A stretch of 64,000 nucleotides of DNA from Felis catus. Taxonomy: Eukaryota. The DNA lies in contig NC_058368.1 in NCBI RefSeq assembly GCF_018350175.1, forward strand, positions 63,676,001 through 63,740,000, in the 5' to 3' direction. A program made the position numbers and the translations under genes. Positions 13,021 to 26,569 of this stretch are shown here, piece by piece. Positions within the stretch are counted from its first letter, which is position 1, and each line of letters opens with the position of its first letter. A model generated the notes under the pieces. It worked only from the letters and a program-made list of their open reading frames with translations. It ran no database searches and had not been told where the DNA came from.

Positions 13021-14787
13021 GTGGTGGAGTCTCTTCTTGATAGTTGCTCTTGCTTACTGTTGATGCTGAAGTCCCCACATGGTCTACATTTAGGGAGATA
13101 TTTTAGAACATTTGTCTTCTGTTCCTCCATGACTATTGGCTCCAGCTGTGGAGAATGCCCCTGGAAGAAGAATGGTCTCACTGAGGTAGCCTGCACTATC
13201 TATATCTTTGAGTCATGATGATTTGATTTAGAGCTTAAATGTAATTGCAGCACATTGTATTCTAAGTCTCATTTTGTAGTATTGAAGTTTGCACAAAAAT
13301 GATTTACAAATAATGGTCCCTTGTTTTACTCTAAGACAGCTTGATACCTATTGAATAGCTACAGTCATTGGAGTGATTCTAAAACCTTGAAATGACTTTA
13401 TAGAAGTCACCTTGAATAAAGCAAAGAACATAGAGGGTATTTTTTTCCCCCTAGAAAAATTCTGTGCTAACCTGGTGGCTTTCTCTGATCTAGTGGGGGG
13501 AGGGGGGGTGGTGGGAGACTGGCTATTAGAAAAAAAATCCTAGCTCTCTCCTTTTAAAATGCACAAAGGCAAGGTACTTGTTAACACAAAATGTTGAAAG
13601 CTGTTACCCTAGGCTCCTTTAGGAACTCATCCTTGACTCTTGTGGAAAAAACAGAGGGAGGTGTGTCATTATTAGGCACAATTGCAAAATGTTAGACGAC
13701 AGATGTCTTTATATTCAGTCCTTATTCAAAGCATCGCTGTGTTTATGTACTTCTCTTTCTCCTTACTCGTTATACAAAAGGAGCGGCTTGAATGGAAACT
13801 GCAGAGCGTACTTGAAACAGGAGCAGGTTCATGTGATTCAACTTTAGAGGGTAAATACTTTGGATCAGACTTTTCCTTTTTATTCAGTCTCACTATACTT
13901 TGTCATTCAACTTGATGCCTTCTGGTACTTTCAGATTGGGGATGATCGCTGAAACACTTTGTTTCATTCTTTCCATGAGTGTCTTAGAAAGACTTTTGCA
14001 CTAAGACTGAATGTGTTACTTGCAGCAACAGGGTTTTGTCACAAAAACATTTTTGTGGGGATCCAGCAAAGGGTGGTTTTCTAATCTATTCAAGCAGTTA
14101 TTGAGCCTTTAATGATTTGGCATGGGAATTAGGCACGAGATTGTGAGAAACTCAATTAACTCCTCACTGGAAAAAGTAGAGAGGGGCAGATTAAGGAAAA
14201 TGACACTTGAGTGAAGAGTTTACTATGCTTTGGACAAAAATCCTGCATATTTATTTTATATACACTGTTATTAAAGCTCTGTCTGAGAACAATTAAATTG
14301 CAAATGGTCCTGAAAGGGTAATAATTCAGCATTTGTATAATCCAAATGCAGGAAGATGCTCCTAGATCAAACAACCAAATGATTCTAAATGGATTCAAGT
14401 ACCAAACAGACTTAAGGTCCAAAATAAATGAACTGTATGACTAATTGCAGTCTCCATCTAATTTATTCAAGTACATATCTATATTTTTTTCTCAGAAAAA
14501 TTTCTAATGACCAGAAACTTTTGAAAGTCTTTATTTTCCATGGAGCTTGGTATACTCACTTACAGTAATTTTTGGCCATATGTTTTGATTGCCTTGTGAG
14601 CCATTTTAGGCTTTGGTGAAGTTAGCAGGTAAGAAAAAAGAAATTATAAAATGGTTCCCATTATTAAAAGATGTATAGTCTAATATAGAACATAACATTA
14701 CATATATATGTGTTTGTGTGTTTATGTATATACAATCAAGAAATTACCATATATACATGTATACACAATTAAGAAATTACTAATGGA

Positions 14788-14848
14788 AGCTTTGCGCAGT
14801 GGCAGTATCGTAGCCAATGAGGTTTATCCGAGGCGCGATTATTGCTAA
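14788..14848 (+). pseudogene. RNU4: U4 spliceosomal snRNA retropseudogene, nt 1-61, 3'-truncated and without poly(A) tail
   Basis: agctttgcgcagtggcagtatcgtagccaatgaggtttatccgaggcgcgattattgctaa matches the mammalian U4 5' end as I recall it. 17-bp TSD aagaaattactaatgga at 14771-14787 and 14847-14863. The Sm site and 3' stem-loops are absent. Confidence 0.95.
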
Positions 14849-16214
14849 GAAATTACTAATGGAGAAAGGAAATTAAAGGCTGTGGATGGTCAGAATAACT
14901 CACATATTCTAGAAGACGAGAAATTTGGAGAATCCAGAGTTAGGTGGTTAGTGTAGATGGTGAGGATTTTGGAATTATGATTTGAGGCTTGGGAGATGAG
15001 TAGATAGCCATGTAGGCAGATTCAAAAGCTACACAAGGAGGAGCTATACATGAGCCTATTTCAGCCAGATGAGAGTATCCAGGTGACTTTCCAAAGACAC
15101 CACCTCCCATGGCCTTCCTGTTCTTTTCCAATTTATTTCTGGTAATTTTCAAAGAAGTGTTTTAATCATTAGCTGGAGAAAACTAGTTGAAGGGCTGGAG
15201 TTGTCATCAATAGCTTCATTTTTATTTTCTCATTGGTCAGCTTATATTTTTGAATAAAATCCTGCATAGTAATGTGTAATTAAAAGCACCCTTAGTTCCC
15301 ATCTGTGAGCTAAGATTCAGGGCTGTGCATGGAAACAAAACAGTCTCAGCCTTTGACCTTGTGGAACAGACAGTCGTGGGAAAGACAGATATCGAATGGT
15401 TGTGAAGTATGCTCCATGAGACGGCTTGCAGAGGGAATTGGAGTGCCATGAAAGGGTAGCTACCATGGTCAGTAGAGACCTTCCTGAGGAAGCAAAACCT
15501 AAATAGGTCTATGAATGCAATTGAGTCACTTCCATAAATCGTTTTCCAAGCACCTGCTCAGTAGAGTAGATATGAATTTAGAGGTAATTAGGGACTTGAA
15601 TCATGTATGTAATTCTGAAATCAAAGATTTAGAGCCCTCTAAAACGTACCCTTTCCAATTCTGAATCAGAGAGTTGACATCTAGAATAGTGCAGTTAATG
15701 AAAATGGGGTTGGGGGGTATTTCAGATGAAATATTCTCTGCGGTTTATTATTTTTAATGAAATAAGAAGGAGCATTTCTTTTCAGCTACTCCCCTCTGAG
15801 AATTTGCATTGAAGCACAACAATAAAATTAATTTTTTTGTGAAAAAGAGTAGTCTGCCCTGCTGAGAAGACATAGCAGCTCTTGTCCTGAAAGACCATTA
15901 TATATATTATATATCTTGTTCACCTAACGTTGGGATACTTCATGATTATATATTATGATTTAAGTATAAATTAACTTTGGAAGAACAAAAAATAATTTTC
16001 TGTTACTGAAGTTGAAAACCCAAAAGTGGACATATTCCTTCTCTCTCCCATTTTCTCTCTATCCCTCATTATTCATGGAATGCCTCTGTGTGTACACTTT
16101 CATACATATAATATTAAGCTTACAAATTAATTGCACATTTATTTTTTTACGCATTTTTATCTCTGCGCCTCATTGCCTATGCAAATGTTGACATGTTTAA
16201 TTAATTTAATAATT

Positions 16215-16330
16215 TATTCCTCAGTTTTCACATCTCTGAAATGGAGATTAAATTATTTAATAACATAAAGTACGTTGAGCAGTGCTGGCACACATCTAGA
16301 ATTCAGCACATATTAGCTGTTGCTATTATG
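16215..16330 (+). mobile_element. MIR fragment
   Basis: cctcagtttttcacatctctgaaatggagat...agtgctggcacacat...tattagctgttgctatta (MIR core and tail). Confidence 0.65.
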
Positions 16331-16766
16331 GCAGGCCATGATGAGAGAGAGACAGAGAGTTGATTTTGTTGAAAATCAAATTGCTAAAGTCAAGGACTCT
16401 TTGTGTTGGAATTAACTTTTGTTAGAGGAATAATGGGTCAGTAGAGAATTATTGAGGGGATTTGCAAATGATGGAGCTCATTGCAGATTATGGTAACATT
16501 GGGAATCTGAAGGATTGTGTCATCCTGAATTCCTTTAACCACCCTCCTTACCCCTATCTAATAAATTACTGAATCCTGGCATTTGAACTTCCTTAATTTC
16601 TCAGCAGTCCTGTTTTTCTCCATGCCCTAGTCCAAGCCAGCATCACTACTTGGCTTGGCCATTGCTGTATCCTGTAGACTCTTATAGCCGTATCTGGCTC
16701 CGTTATTCTTCGCAGTGTAGCCAGGATGCTTTGTACAAATGCAATTCTAAGTATGTTAAATGCATG

Positions 16767-16944
16767 TTTAAAAAAATATTTATTTATTTGGAGAGAGAGA
16801 GAGTATGCAAAAGTTGGGGGGAGAGGCAGAGAGAGAGGAGAAAGAGAATCCCAATTTGGGGCTCGACCTCACAAACTGTGAGATCATGACCTGAGCTGAA
16901 ACCAAGAGTTGGATGCTCAACTGACTGAGCCACCCAGGCACCCC
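16767..16944 (-). mobile_element. CAN-SINE
   Basis: gatcatgacctgagctgaaaccaagagttggatgctcaactgactgagccacccaggcacccc. Confidence 0.93.
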
Positions 16945-17819
16945 TGTTCCATTACCTTTAAGAACAAATCCAACATTTTTTAAATGGCCTATAAAGATTC
17001 TGTGAGATCTTAACAAACCATTTCTTACTTCTTAAACTTCATTTTTTATCTCTAACTTCTGCCGTCCACTCTCAGTATCTCAAGTTTATCATTTCTCATA
17101 TCCCAAGAACATTGCCTGTGCTTGCTGTCTTCTGTCTGCAACTTTTTCTCGTGCTCCTCTGGCATTGGTTATGATTTAGGGCTCAGTTTAAGCATTACCC
17201 TTTCATCAGAGAGCCCATTTCTGACATCCTAAACATGATTTATTCACTCTGCATTTTTTACCCTAAAAGTTAATTTTTATAAGACATATATGGATTCCTC
17301 AAGCAGTCTCTGTTGTTAAGGGTTTAGCCAGAGCATGCCCTGCTATCCTGTGTTGCGTTAGGAAGACCAAGAAATATGTCATGCAGATGCCATATGATGC
17401 ATTGTAGATGCATCATAGATGCAACTAATGATTAGTTGCCATTGCCTTTTCCTTTTGTCTACCAGCAGAGTGGGTGTTCATTTAATACAGATCGGTTTAT
17501 GTTTTCAAACTATAAGAATAATGAGAATATTATATATCCACTAAATCACTTATTTGTTCATGTATTTTATATTGCTCATTTAAAATTATTATATTCTGAT
17601 TGAGGGCCCAGTCCTTTGGGACACAGTAATGATCAAGATAGAGACACAGCTTCTCTCTTCAGGAAGCTCATATTTTAATGAGAAGTAAGACAGTAAAACA
17701 AATAGTGATGATTAATGGACATACCTGAAATATTAGGAAAATGGAAGGGGGCTCTGGGGCTGCATGGCAAGGTAGTAGGGAGATCCCATCAAGAGGTTTG
17801 TGAGTAAGCTGTTCACAGT

Positions 17820-18045
17820 GAGGCTATTAGAGTCAGAATGTAAGTACTTACTTTGGTACTAGTTTCCTTTGTGACTGTCGCAAAACTACTTGTGACTGTC
17901 TCTAAGGTTTAGTATCCACGTCTATAAAATGGAGAGGTTGGTATTTTCCTCAAGGCATTGGTGTGGAAATAAAATGAGATAATTCATGTAAGTCATCTAT
18001 CATAGATGAAGCATGTAGAAAGTTCAATAAATGTTAGCTGCTGAT
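17820..18045 (+). mobile_element. MIR fragment
   Basis: ctataaaatggag...aaaatgagataattcatgtaag...ttcaataaatgttagct. Confidence 0.65.
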
Positions 18046-18125
18046 ACTGTTTTCTTGAATCTTGAATCATGATTCAAATATCATGACTATTTCTATATAT
18101 GATTAATTACTTTTAAAACATTTTA

Positions 18126-18352
18126 TTTTTTTTTTTAAATTTTTTTTTTCAACGTTTATTTATTTTTGGGACAGAGAGAGACAGAGCATGAACAGGGGAG
18201 GGTCAGAGAGAGAGGGAGACACAGAATCGGAAACAGGCTCCAGGCTCTGAGCCATCAGCCCAGAGCCTGACGCGGGGCTCGAACTCCCGGACCGCGAGAT
18301 CGTGACCTGGCTGAAGTCGGACGCTTAACCGACTGCGCCACCCAGGCGCCCC
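18126..18352 (-). mobile_element. Young felid CAN-SINE (CpG-intact)
   Basis: gccatcagcccagagcctgacgcggggctcgaactcccggaccgcgagatcgtgacctggctgaagtcggacgcttaaccgactgcgccacccaggcgcccc; TSD aaaacatttta at 18115-18125 and 18353-18363. Confidence 0.97.
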
Positions 18353-18479
18353 AAAACATTTTAATGGCTTCATAATGTCATTATATAAGTTGGCTACCAT
18401 TTATTTTTAAACCTTCCTCTGTTTAAACGTTTCCTCTTTTTTGTACAATTACAAAACATGCTTTGCTAAAATTTTTTGT

Positions 18480-18870
18480 ATAGGATGTCAGCAAAATGTT
18501 TCAGTAAGGACATTCAAAAATTTACCCCTCCATCAGAGCAAGAAACTGTTTAGCAAAAGTGTCAGAATCAAAATGTTCACAATTCTGGAAGCTATGCAAA
18601 AGATTGTAGCAACCCAGGGAATATTTACTCAAGAAAATTTACTTAGTATTGATAACAGTGAGCTCTGTGGCATTTAGCTTTCCTTAGTCTCATCTCTTCC
18701 CCTCTAGCTCACTGGTACCCTTGACAAATAACAGCCCGTATTCCTGGTAATGAAGTTCACCGAACCAAGCTAGAGCTCTTTCAGAGTCTCATGCCCAAAG
18801 AATTGTCATCATGTGGCTTTTTGGTGATTCCCTGGAAGACATTTGAAATGTATGTCTTTGACCTGAAACT
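18480..18870 (+). mobile_element. Probable 5'UTR fragment of an old L1M element
   Basis: ggatgtcagcaaaatg...tgtcagaatcaaaatgttcacaattctggaa...gcaacccagggaatatttactcaagaaaa resembles old L1M 5' ends (from recall). Confidence 0.5.
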
Positions 18871-19125
18871 TACTGTCACGGTTCTGGAGGTTACAAGTCC
18901 AAAATCAAGGTATCAGCAGAGTTGGTTCTTTTTAAGGGCTGTGAGGGAAGGATCTATTCCAGGCCCCTGTGCTTGGTTTGTATATAACTCTCTTCTCCCT
19001 TGAGTTTTCTTTGCATCATTTTCCCTCTATATGAGTCTGTACCCAAATTTTGCTTCTTGTAAGTACACCAAATAGGATCAGGAGTCTCCCACCAAAGGAC
19101 CTCATTTTAACTTGATTACCTCTAG
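18870..19125 (-). mobile_element. MaLR LTR fragment (MLT1)
   Basis: cacggttctggaggttacaagtccaaaatcaaggtatcagcagagttggtt...gacctcattttaacttgattacctc; homologous to 41910-42340. Confidence 0.75.
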
Positions 19126-20012
19126 CACTAGAAAGAAGGGACCTTATTTGCCATTGAATCTCCAATGTCTTGCTCACCATCCTGGCTTTGGGCTACTTTT
19201 TCCTCCCTGAAGCCTCCACTGACAGATTGACCACCCTGGGGTCATGTGTGAGGTCAGCTGACCTAAATGTGTCAACAGAGAGTTGGGAGGGTGTTCCCAG
19301 AGGTTAAATACAAGACAGCAACAACAGACAACAAATAACCAAAAATCTAAGAAATGAAGAGGTATACTCTATAATCATAAAAGATGCAAACCTCAATTAA
19401 TATCTATTTGTACAGTGTGTCAAATAGTAGCAACATACATGTAGTAATAAATTAAGATTAAAACATAATAGAAATAAAAGTTAAAAAATAAAGAAAAAAC
19501 TTAATAGAAATAAAAACTTTCCAAGGTGTAGAACTATTGTGTAATACCAAGAGCATAATGGAATTTCTGGAAGCATTTGCTTTAAAATCAGAAACGTGGC
19601 ATTCCTGTCATGTATTACATGTTCCAAGTTAATTTTTACATGGAGACACTAAATCATACACTAAGACAACAAAAATTTAAGCATGTATTGTATTTTTTTC
19701 CTGGAAAACAATGTTATATGAGGCTGAATAACTGAAACCAAGATAATTCTCTGTCCCTTGTTAAATAATATTTAGTCTAAGCAAAAGTAACTTTGCTGTA
19801 TGTTCCAGAAATACCTGCTCCTGGAAGAAAGGCTGAAAGAATTTAACTTATCAAAACTAATAGCCTACCCTGGAAGACCTGCTTCAAGATTTTTTCCTCT
19901 GAGGATCACCAACCTGCATAAACGTAGCCCACTCCCAACCCACTTCTCCACCTTGTAAGACCTTATGATCACCCAGACCAGGCCCTAGGATCCTATAAAT
20001 ATCTGTTCTCTA

Positions 20013-20280
20013 AAGGCCACATATTGTGTGATTCCATTTATATGAATTTTAGAGAAGAGGTGAGTTTATGGTGATTGAAAACACTTTAATCTTTGAATAG
20101 GCCTAGTGAGGTTGGAAGGAAATGGGGTGTGATTGCCAATGGATGCATGCCGAGTTTCTTTTTGGGACAATAAAAATATTCTAAAATTGTTTGTGGTGTT
20201 GGTTATACAATTCCGTGAATATACTAAAACCATTGAATTATAAATGGATGAATTGCATGGCATTCAGTGAAGCAGTTGTT
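20013..20280 (+). mobile_element. Old L1 (L1MB/ME-type) 3' end
   Basis: ccacatattgtgtgattccatttatatgaa...gtttctttttgggacaataaaaatattctaaaatt...gtgaatatactaaaaccattgaatt. Confidence 0.7.
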
Positions 20281-21099
20281 ATATATTAAACATGTAAATA
20301 GATGGACTTGGAAGGTTGGGCAAAAATATGATACTTTGGGAAATTAATTTTTATTATTCCTTTCTTTAAGAACTATTTATGGTTGCCTGCTCATTTCGTG
20401 AACTGTTGTAGATTCTGGGGGTGTAGGGATGAACAGCACAGTGAAATTCCCTGTAGTCATGTGGTACATATGGCAGCAGATTGCATGTGCCTGATATTCA
20501 TCCTCCAGAGTCTGTGTTAGACGCACAGAAAATAAACAACCCGCTGAAACAATGACCATAATATTACACATTATAGGTTAAGAATCGTAAGCTGATTGAA
20601 TCCGAATTTATAGCTGTATTTCTGATCTGTGCATATATTCTTGGATAGATGGATAAAGATTCAGATTATTGTATAATTTGATATGGTGAATTTTACTGCA
20701 TGTGAAGTCCGTCTCAATTTAAAAAATGTTATAAAATCACACACACTCACAACACACACAAGCATACATACATGCATAAATCTTGGCCCACATTTTCTCA
20801 AGAGTTTTTCATATATAATGGGAAATTTATTTAATTTTTGTATGTGAATACCTATAATCAAATCAGTGTTATTACTATTAAAGCACATTGCTATTAAAGC
20901 TAATTCAAATGGTGGAAATTTTATATACCTATTAATGAAACTTATGAATTGTCTATTAATAAACATGAATATTTTGTGGGGTTTTTTTTTGCTATGTATT
21001 TTCATCCTTAAGCTTTCTATTTATACAGCTTACCCATTTTATTTCTAACGTATGCAACTGATTTTCTTATTCACCTACTGTTTAGACTGTAAGAACTAA

Positions 21100-21980
21100 A
21101 TTTGGGAGCTAGAAGTTTCTCTTGGTTATATTCTCTCTGATATTCTTAAATAATTCCTCCCTTTTGCATAGACTTTCAATTCTTCATTTATTACAAATTT
21201 CATTCTTAGATATACTGGGTTCTGTGTCAAATCAGTATATTATAGTCCTAATCAATTATATTCTACATTCTTTTAATTTATATTGTGTTTTAATGTCTGG
21301 TGGGTAAGTATTGCTACATTTCTTCCCTACCTTTTAAAGATGTGTTTTCACCTATTTATTCTTTAACATAAATATTAGAATTGTATCATCAAGTTCCAAA
21401 GGTAAAATAAAAACAATCCTCACTGGTAGTTTGATACACTGATATATAGAGGAATTGAGCTTTGTAGATTTAATAAAATCCCACATCAAAATTAATGGCA
21501 AATAATTATATTTGCACATCACTTAAAAATGGCAATTATTCTATTTATTGTTTGTGTTAATATACTGAGTAGAACATTTAAATTAATAATAAAGAATAAT
21601 GGAAGTAAACACCTCTTATTTCTGATTTTAGCAGACAAGAAAGATTCCAGTGTTTTACTCTTTTTTTAGTAAATACTATCAGTTTGAGATAGGTTTTCAT
21701 TATTCTTTATTACCTTAGTTTAGTATGAGATTTTATCAGGAATAGGTGGTGAATATTATCAAATATTTGGATTTTTTTCTTTGAGTTTTAACAGAATGCA
21801 TTAATATTATTAAATAACTTAATATTAAACCCTTCTTCATTTTCCAGGATTGGACTTTATTTCATGTGGGGTATATTTTTTTTGTAATTTGCTGAAACAT
21901 TTTCCATCTATATTCTTCTGTGAGATTGGGTTTTATTCTCCTTTTTAATGCTATCTCTGTCCACTTTACATATCAGAGTT
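21100..21980 (-). mobile_element. Highly decayed L1 ORF2 fragment (L1ME-like)
   Basis: Patches such as ttttatcaggaataggtggtgaatattatcaaat resemble the antisense ORF2 seen at 29750-29800. Confidence 0.5.
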
Positions 21981-23171
21981 TCAAATGCATTGGGATATAG
22001 TGACAATTTCACTCACAGTACTGAAATAAAATAATCCAAGCCTCTCCTATCCCACACAGAACAAAAAAATGTGAAATCACAAAAAAAGGCTCCCTTTAAG
22101 GAAGGAATTAGCTATTTACTAAAAGAAACTGTGAGGCAAATTTTCATCTCTTAGAGTCTCGTCTACCACAATGCCTATTTCTGAAGTGATAATTAGCTAT
22201 TGTGTCAGTATAATGTCGAAATCACATTGTTAGATTCACATTTTCTAGTATGTTACTGTTTTTGCACCACAGCTAGTGCATGCACAGGACACGAACACAA
22301 TCTGTGAAGGGGTGACAAAGCAACACAGGACTGAAACCGTATCTGTAGTCCTCACATCCTTGCTTGTGGCGTCTGTCTTGGAAGTATTGACAGCACAGTC
22401 ATCCCTGATTCTGTACACATTTCCTTTGTCTCCATTCTTTACACAACCTTACATCCAGCTCCTTTCACGTCTGATACATTCTCATATTAAATGAAACATT
22501 TAGTTGTTAAGAATGTAACATGCCGTTTTAGCTATGTTTGTACATTGTATGGTTTATAAATTTTATTTTTGGTCTGTTTACCAGTTGCATATTTTTCTCA
22601 CAATCTTTCTTAATCTCAGTACATGATTTTGCAGAGTGTCAGGTTTATTGTTATGTGATAATAAAAAATGCCTATGCTTTGGATACTTATATACAATATG
22701 ATAAATCTCCTCTGTGTATTGATAAAGGTGTTGAATTTATAACCATAGAGACTAAAGTGGCCTTGGTTAATTATTCAGATTGAAGTGGAGGTCTGAAAAA
22801 GTTTAAATTTAGTCATTTAATCTGCAGTAAGTGAAGACTATCTCCTTTGTTGTTGTTTAATTAATCGTAAAGAGATAAAGACTCTTTTCAAGTTATTTTG
22901 CTACAGGGTCTGTACTTGCTCTCGAATGCAAACTTCTGTGTTGCTATGGATATCAAAGTTTTTGAAATGGGAGTTAGGTGACTGTGGTAAGTCATAAAAC
23001 AGCTAACATGGCAGAAAGCCAGAGTCCATAATTTGTATTGTCTTCACTGAAAATGAATTTGCTGGATATTTGTTTTCAAACATTACTGTAGCCTCAGTAT
23101 AATTCCTGGCATCTAAAATATCAGTCTTATGTGTTACCTCTTCTTTATGGCAGTTAAAAAGTTTCTGGTAA

Positions 23172-23367
23172 ATTTTTTTTAATTATTAATTTTATTTTAG
23201 AGAGAGAGAGAACACGAGTTGGATGGAGGGACAGAGGGAGAGAATCTTAAGCAGACCACAAGCTCAGTGCAAAGTGTGACAGAGGGTTCGATTCCATGAC
23301 CCTGGGATCATGACCTGAGCTGAAATCAAGATTCGGACACTCAACTGATTGAGCCACCCAGACACCC
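23172..23367 (-). mobile_element. CAN-SINE
   Basis: SINE body; TSD ttctgg(t/c)aaa. Confidence 0.92.
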
Positions 23368-23510
23368 TTCTGGCAAAGTTGAAATAGATTGGTATAATAG
23401 GGATAATAGGTTTACGTGTTCTATGCACATTTGAAAATTTTACTTATAAAATCATTGATTCTTTTAGGAATTCTGTCTTTTGTTAATGTTGGTAATTTTA
23501 TATGTTTAGT

Positions 23511-23727
23511 ATTCTTTTTAATTAAAAGTTTATTTTTATTTATTTTGAGAGAGAGAGAGAAAATGAGTGAGGGAGGGGCAGAGAGAAGGAGGGAGAGAGA
23601 GAATCCCACGCAGGCTTCCCGCTCAGTGCAGAGCACAATGTGGGGCTCAGTCCCACGACTGCGAGATTAAGACCTGAGCCGATATCAAGAGTCGGACTCT
23701 TAACCAACTGAACCACCCAGGTGGCCC
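23511..23727 (-). mobile_element. CAN-SINE
   Basis: SINE body ending ctgaaccacccaggtggccc. Confidence 0.92.
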
Positions 23728-23979
23728 TACATTTAATACCCTGAAATTGAAGTTTTTATTTCTTCTTAGACTCAAATTTTTTTGTTTTTTTTTGTTTCCA
23801 TCTCCAACTACTTTGATTTTCTTCATGACATCATGGTTATGTTCTAGTTATCTTGTATCACGGTCTGATTTCAGTATTCTTATGTCAGCTGTTGTATCTA
23901 GAGAGTTACATCTTTCATCTTCTCCCTGCATTTTGGTTGTTTTTGTTTTAGATATTTAGATGGTTTCTTTTTCAACACC

Positions 23980-24508
23980 ATACTAGTAATCTATTACTGC
24001 CAAACTAGTTACCCTGAAACTTAGAAGCAAAAAACAAAAAACAAAAGTTTATTATCTCACAATTTCTGAAATGGCTTTTCTAGGTATTTCTGGTACAGGG
24101 TATCTCATGACATTGCAGTCCAGATATGGGCCTGGGTTACAGTCTTGGTTGGGGCTGGAGAGTCTGCTTCTAAGAAGGCTCACTCATGAGGTTGTTGGCA
24201 GCAGGCCCCAGTGTCTGCTTGGCTCAGCAGTCAACACAGGTGGCCTCCGTGCTTCTCCTGGCCCTCACGGTAGGGCTAATCACAACATGATGCTAACTTA
24301 CCCCAGAGTGAGCCAGGAGGAAACATTAGAAACATTAGTGTCTTTTATGACCTAGTCTCCCAAATTGGACACCATCACTGCTGCTTTATTCTGTTCACGA
24401 GAAGTGAGTCACAAAGTTCAAAACACACTCAAAGGAGAATTCATTGGGTTCTACCTTTTGAAGGGAGGATATTTCAAAATTTATGGATATATTTTAAAAT
24501 ATGCCACA
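23980..24508 (-). mobile_element. MaLR solo LTR (MLT1F-like)
   Basis: The end atttatggatatattttaaaatatgccaca is reverse-complement similar to the start of the LTR at 59236 (tgtgatgatttaaaatatgtccacaaatt). Confidence 0.7.
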
Positions 24509-26569
24509 AGCAACTAAAGTTTCATGTCTATACATCTCTTTATTGTAGACTTAACTTTTATCACTCTAAAATTTATGATTGCAAAATGAACTTCTAGATC
24601 CAATGTAATGCTTTTGGAGTTGGATCTAAACCTACTACTGATAATTGCTGTGTTTCATTTGATTGGTACGTATTTACAAATCTATTAATTTTTTGTAAGT
24701 TAATACATTGAAGATAGCATTACAATTAATTTCAATCTGTGAATCTATGTCTAAATTTGAGTAGGAATAATTTATTTATATTTATTTTCATAAATGCATA
24801 TCAATAATTACCTTAAATTGAAAGCAATATAAAGTAAGTGTTTTAATGAATTCCATCAATACTATGGATATATGAATGCATAGAATTGATTTATAGATAA
24901 TTTTTTTTCCTTTTTTGCTTTAAAATGATATGGATCATTTTCTTGGATGTGTTTATTCTGTGTGTTCAATTATTATTTAGATAATATTTGGGGTTCATAC
25001 ACTCAAAAGGTTTTTTATTTAGCATACTTTGATATTAGCTTGACTGCTAGTATTTGGATAATATTACTCTAGATTATTATACCCTGAAACCCTTTGACTT
25101 AGCATACATCTCTATCATCTAGGAGGACATATTAAAATGGCCATGGCAATGAAACAATCAATTTTTCAATGAATAATGTAAACATTTTTCTTGCAGATCA
25201 TTTAGGATAATGTCATGATCTCAGTAAGCTGAAAACTAATATATCTATTACATCTTTCTAGCTACAAATCTATAGTGGAAGAAAATAGCTGTTCTGTATT
25301 TACTTTTGAAAGCACTATGTAAATAAATGGTCCAACAGAAATGATATATCATAGAAAGCAATATAGAAGCTGAAATTTTGATGCCCTCAAATGGCTCTAA
25401 GTCAAATTTATGTCTAATTGAGTGTCAGAAACCAATATAATTGTGCATTATTGAGTAAACAGAAAGCTAGATTAAAATTAACATTAGATATGTTTGCAAA
25501 AAGGACTGTTGCAAATAATAAGGCAGGCTCTAACTCAATTTCTATTAAGAAACTTAATAATTTTATAATTAGCAATTTTGATAAGACTGAGAAATTCCAA
25601 AAAATGTATGCTGACTTTAGTCATGTGTTATTTAAATATTTTTTTTGTAAAAGTTTTCTTTTCAATGCCAGACTATTTTTTTGCAAATGGTTCGGAGACA
25701 TTTAAAGAGGCTATTCTTTGATATGTATGCCAAGATGTTTGTGTTTTAGAAATATTTTTGCTTCCTTTCAGTTAAACAAATCAGAGTCAGGCAGTTTGTC
25801 TGGATCAGTTGGAAAAAATGTCCAGCAAAGAGACTGAACTAAGAGGACAAATGCTAAGTCAAGAAGGACCTTGTAACCCAGATTAAGTACTTTAGACTTT
25901 GACATACAGGTGGTTGAAAAGCACTGGAAGATTTTAATTAAGTGATCCATTTTACATTTAAAAAGATTACCCTGTTTAGAATTAAGAAAGAATTGGAGCA
26001 GATAGAGTGGATTCAGGTAGAGAAAGTTTGTAGGCTACTTTAACGATCATGGCAGCCAACGATCTTGGCAAGGACTAAAGTGAGGACAGTAAGAATGGAA
26101 AGAAAGTGAAAAATTCCAGTGATAATAGGAAGGTAGATGGATAAGTTTTGGATGTATGAAAAGGAGATGAAAGAATAAAATCCCAGGTTTCTACCTTGCG
26201 AAACTGGATGAGTTTTCTAAGAGAGAAAACTCTAGAGAAGTTTGGGAGAGGAGTACAGAGGATGCATTCAACAGTAGAAAAAAAATAGATACATCATGCA
26301 ACATCCAACTAGAGGTATTTAGGGGTCATTCATGTTGGTCTGAAATTCAGGATGGTATCCTGGAATTGAAATAGGAGAAAATGTTTTGATGATTTATGTA
26401 TTAAAGGGTTTTCATTATTTCATATGAAGAGAAAATGTGCTTTTTTTTTTTAATTTAGAAGAAACGGAAGAGGAACAAAGGGAAAGAAAGGAAGAAATAG
26501 CAAAAATAGTGACACAGGGTTTAGCATTTAAGCATTTAAGCATTCATTGTGGATGTTCTTGTTGATTGG

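Noticed and set aside
12723..13196. ORFs with ER/SL dipeptide runs (also at 33061, 37803, 42668)
   Set aside because: Translations of the SINE (GA/CT)n tract, not genes.
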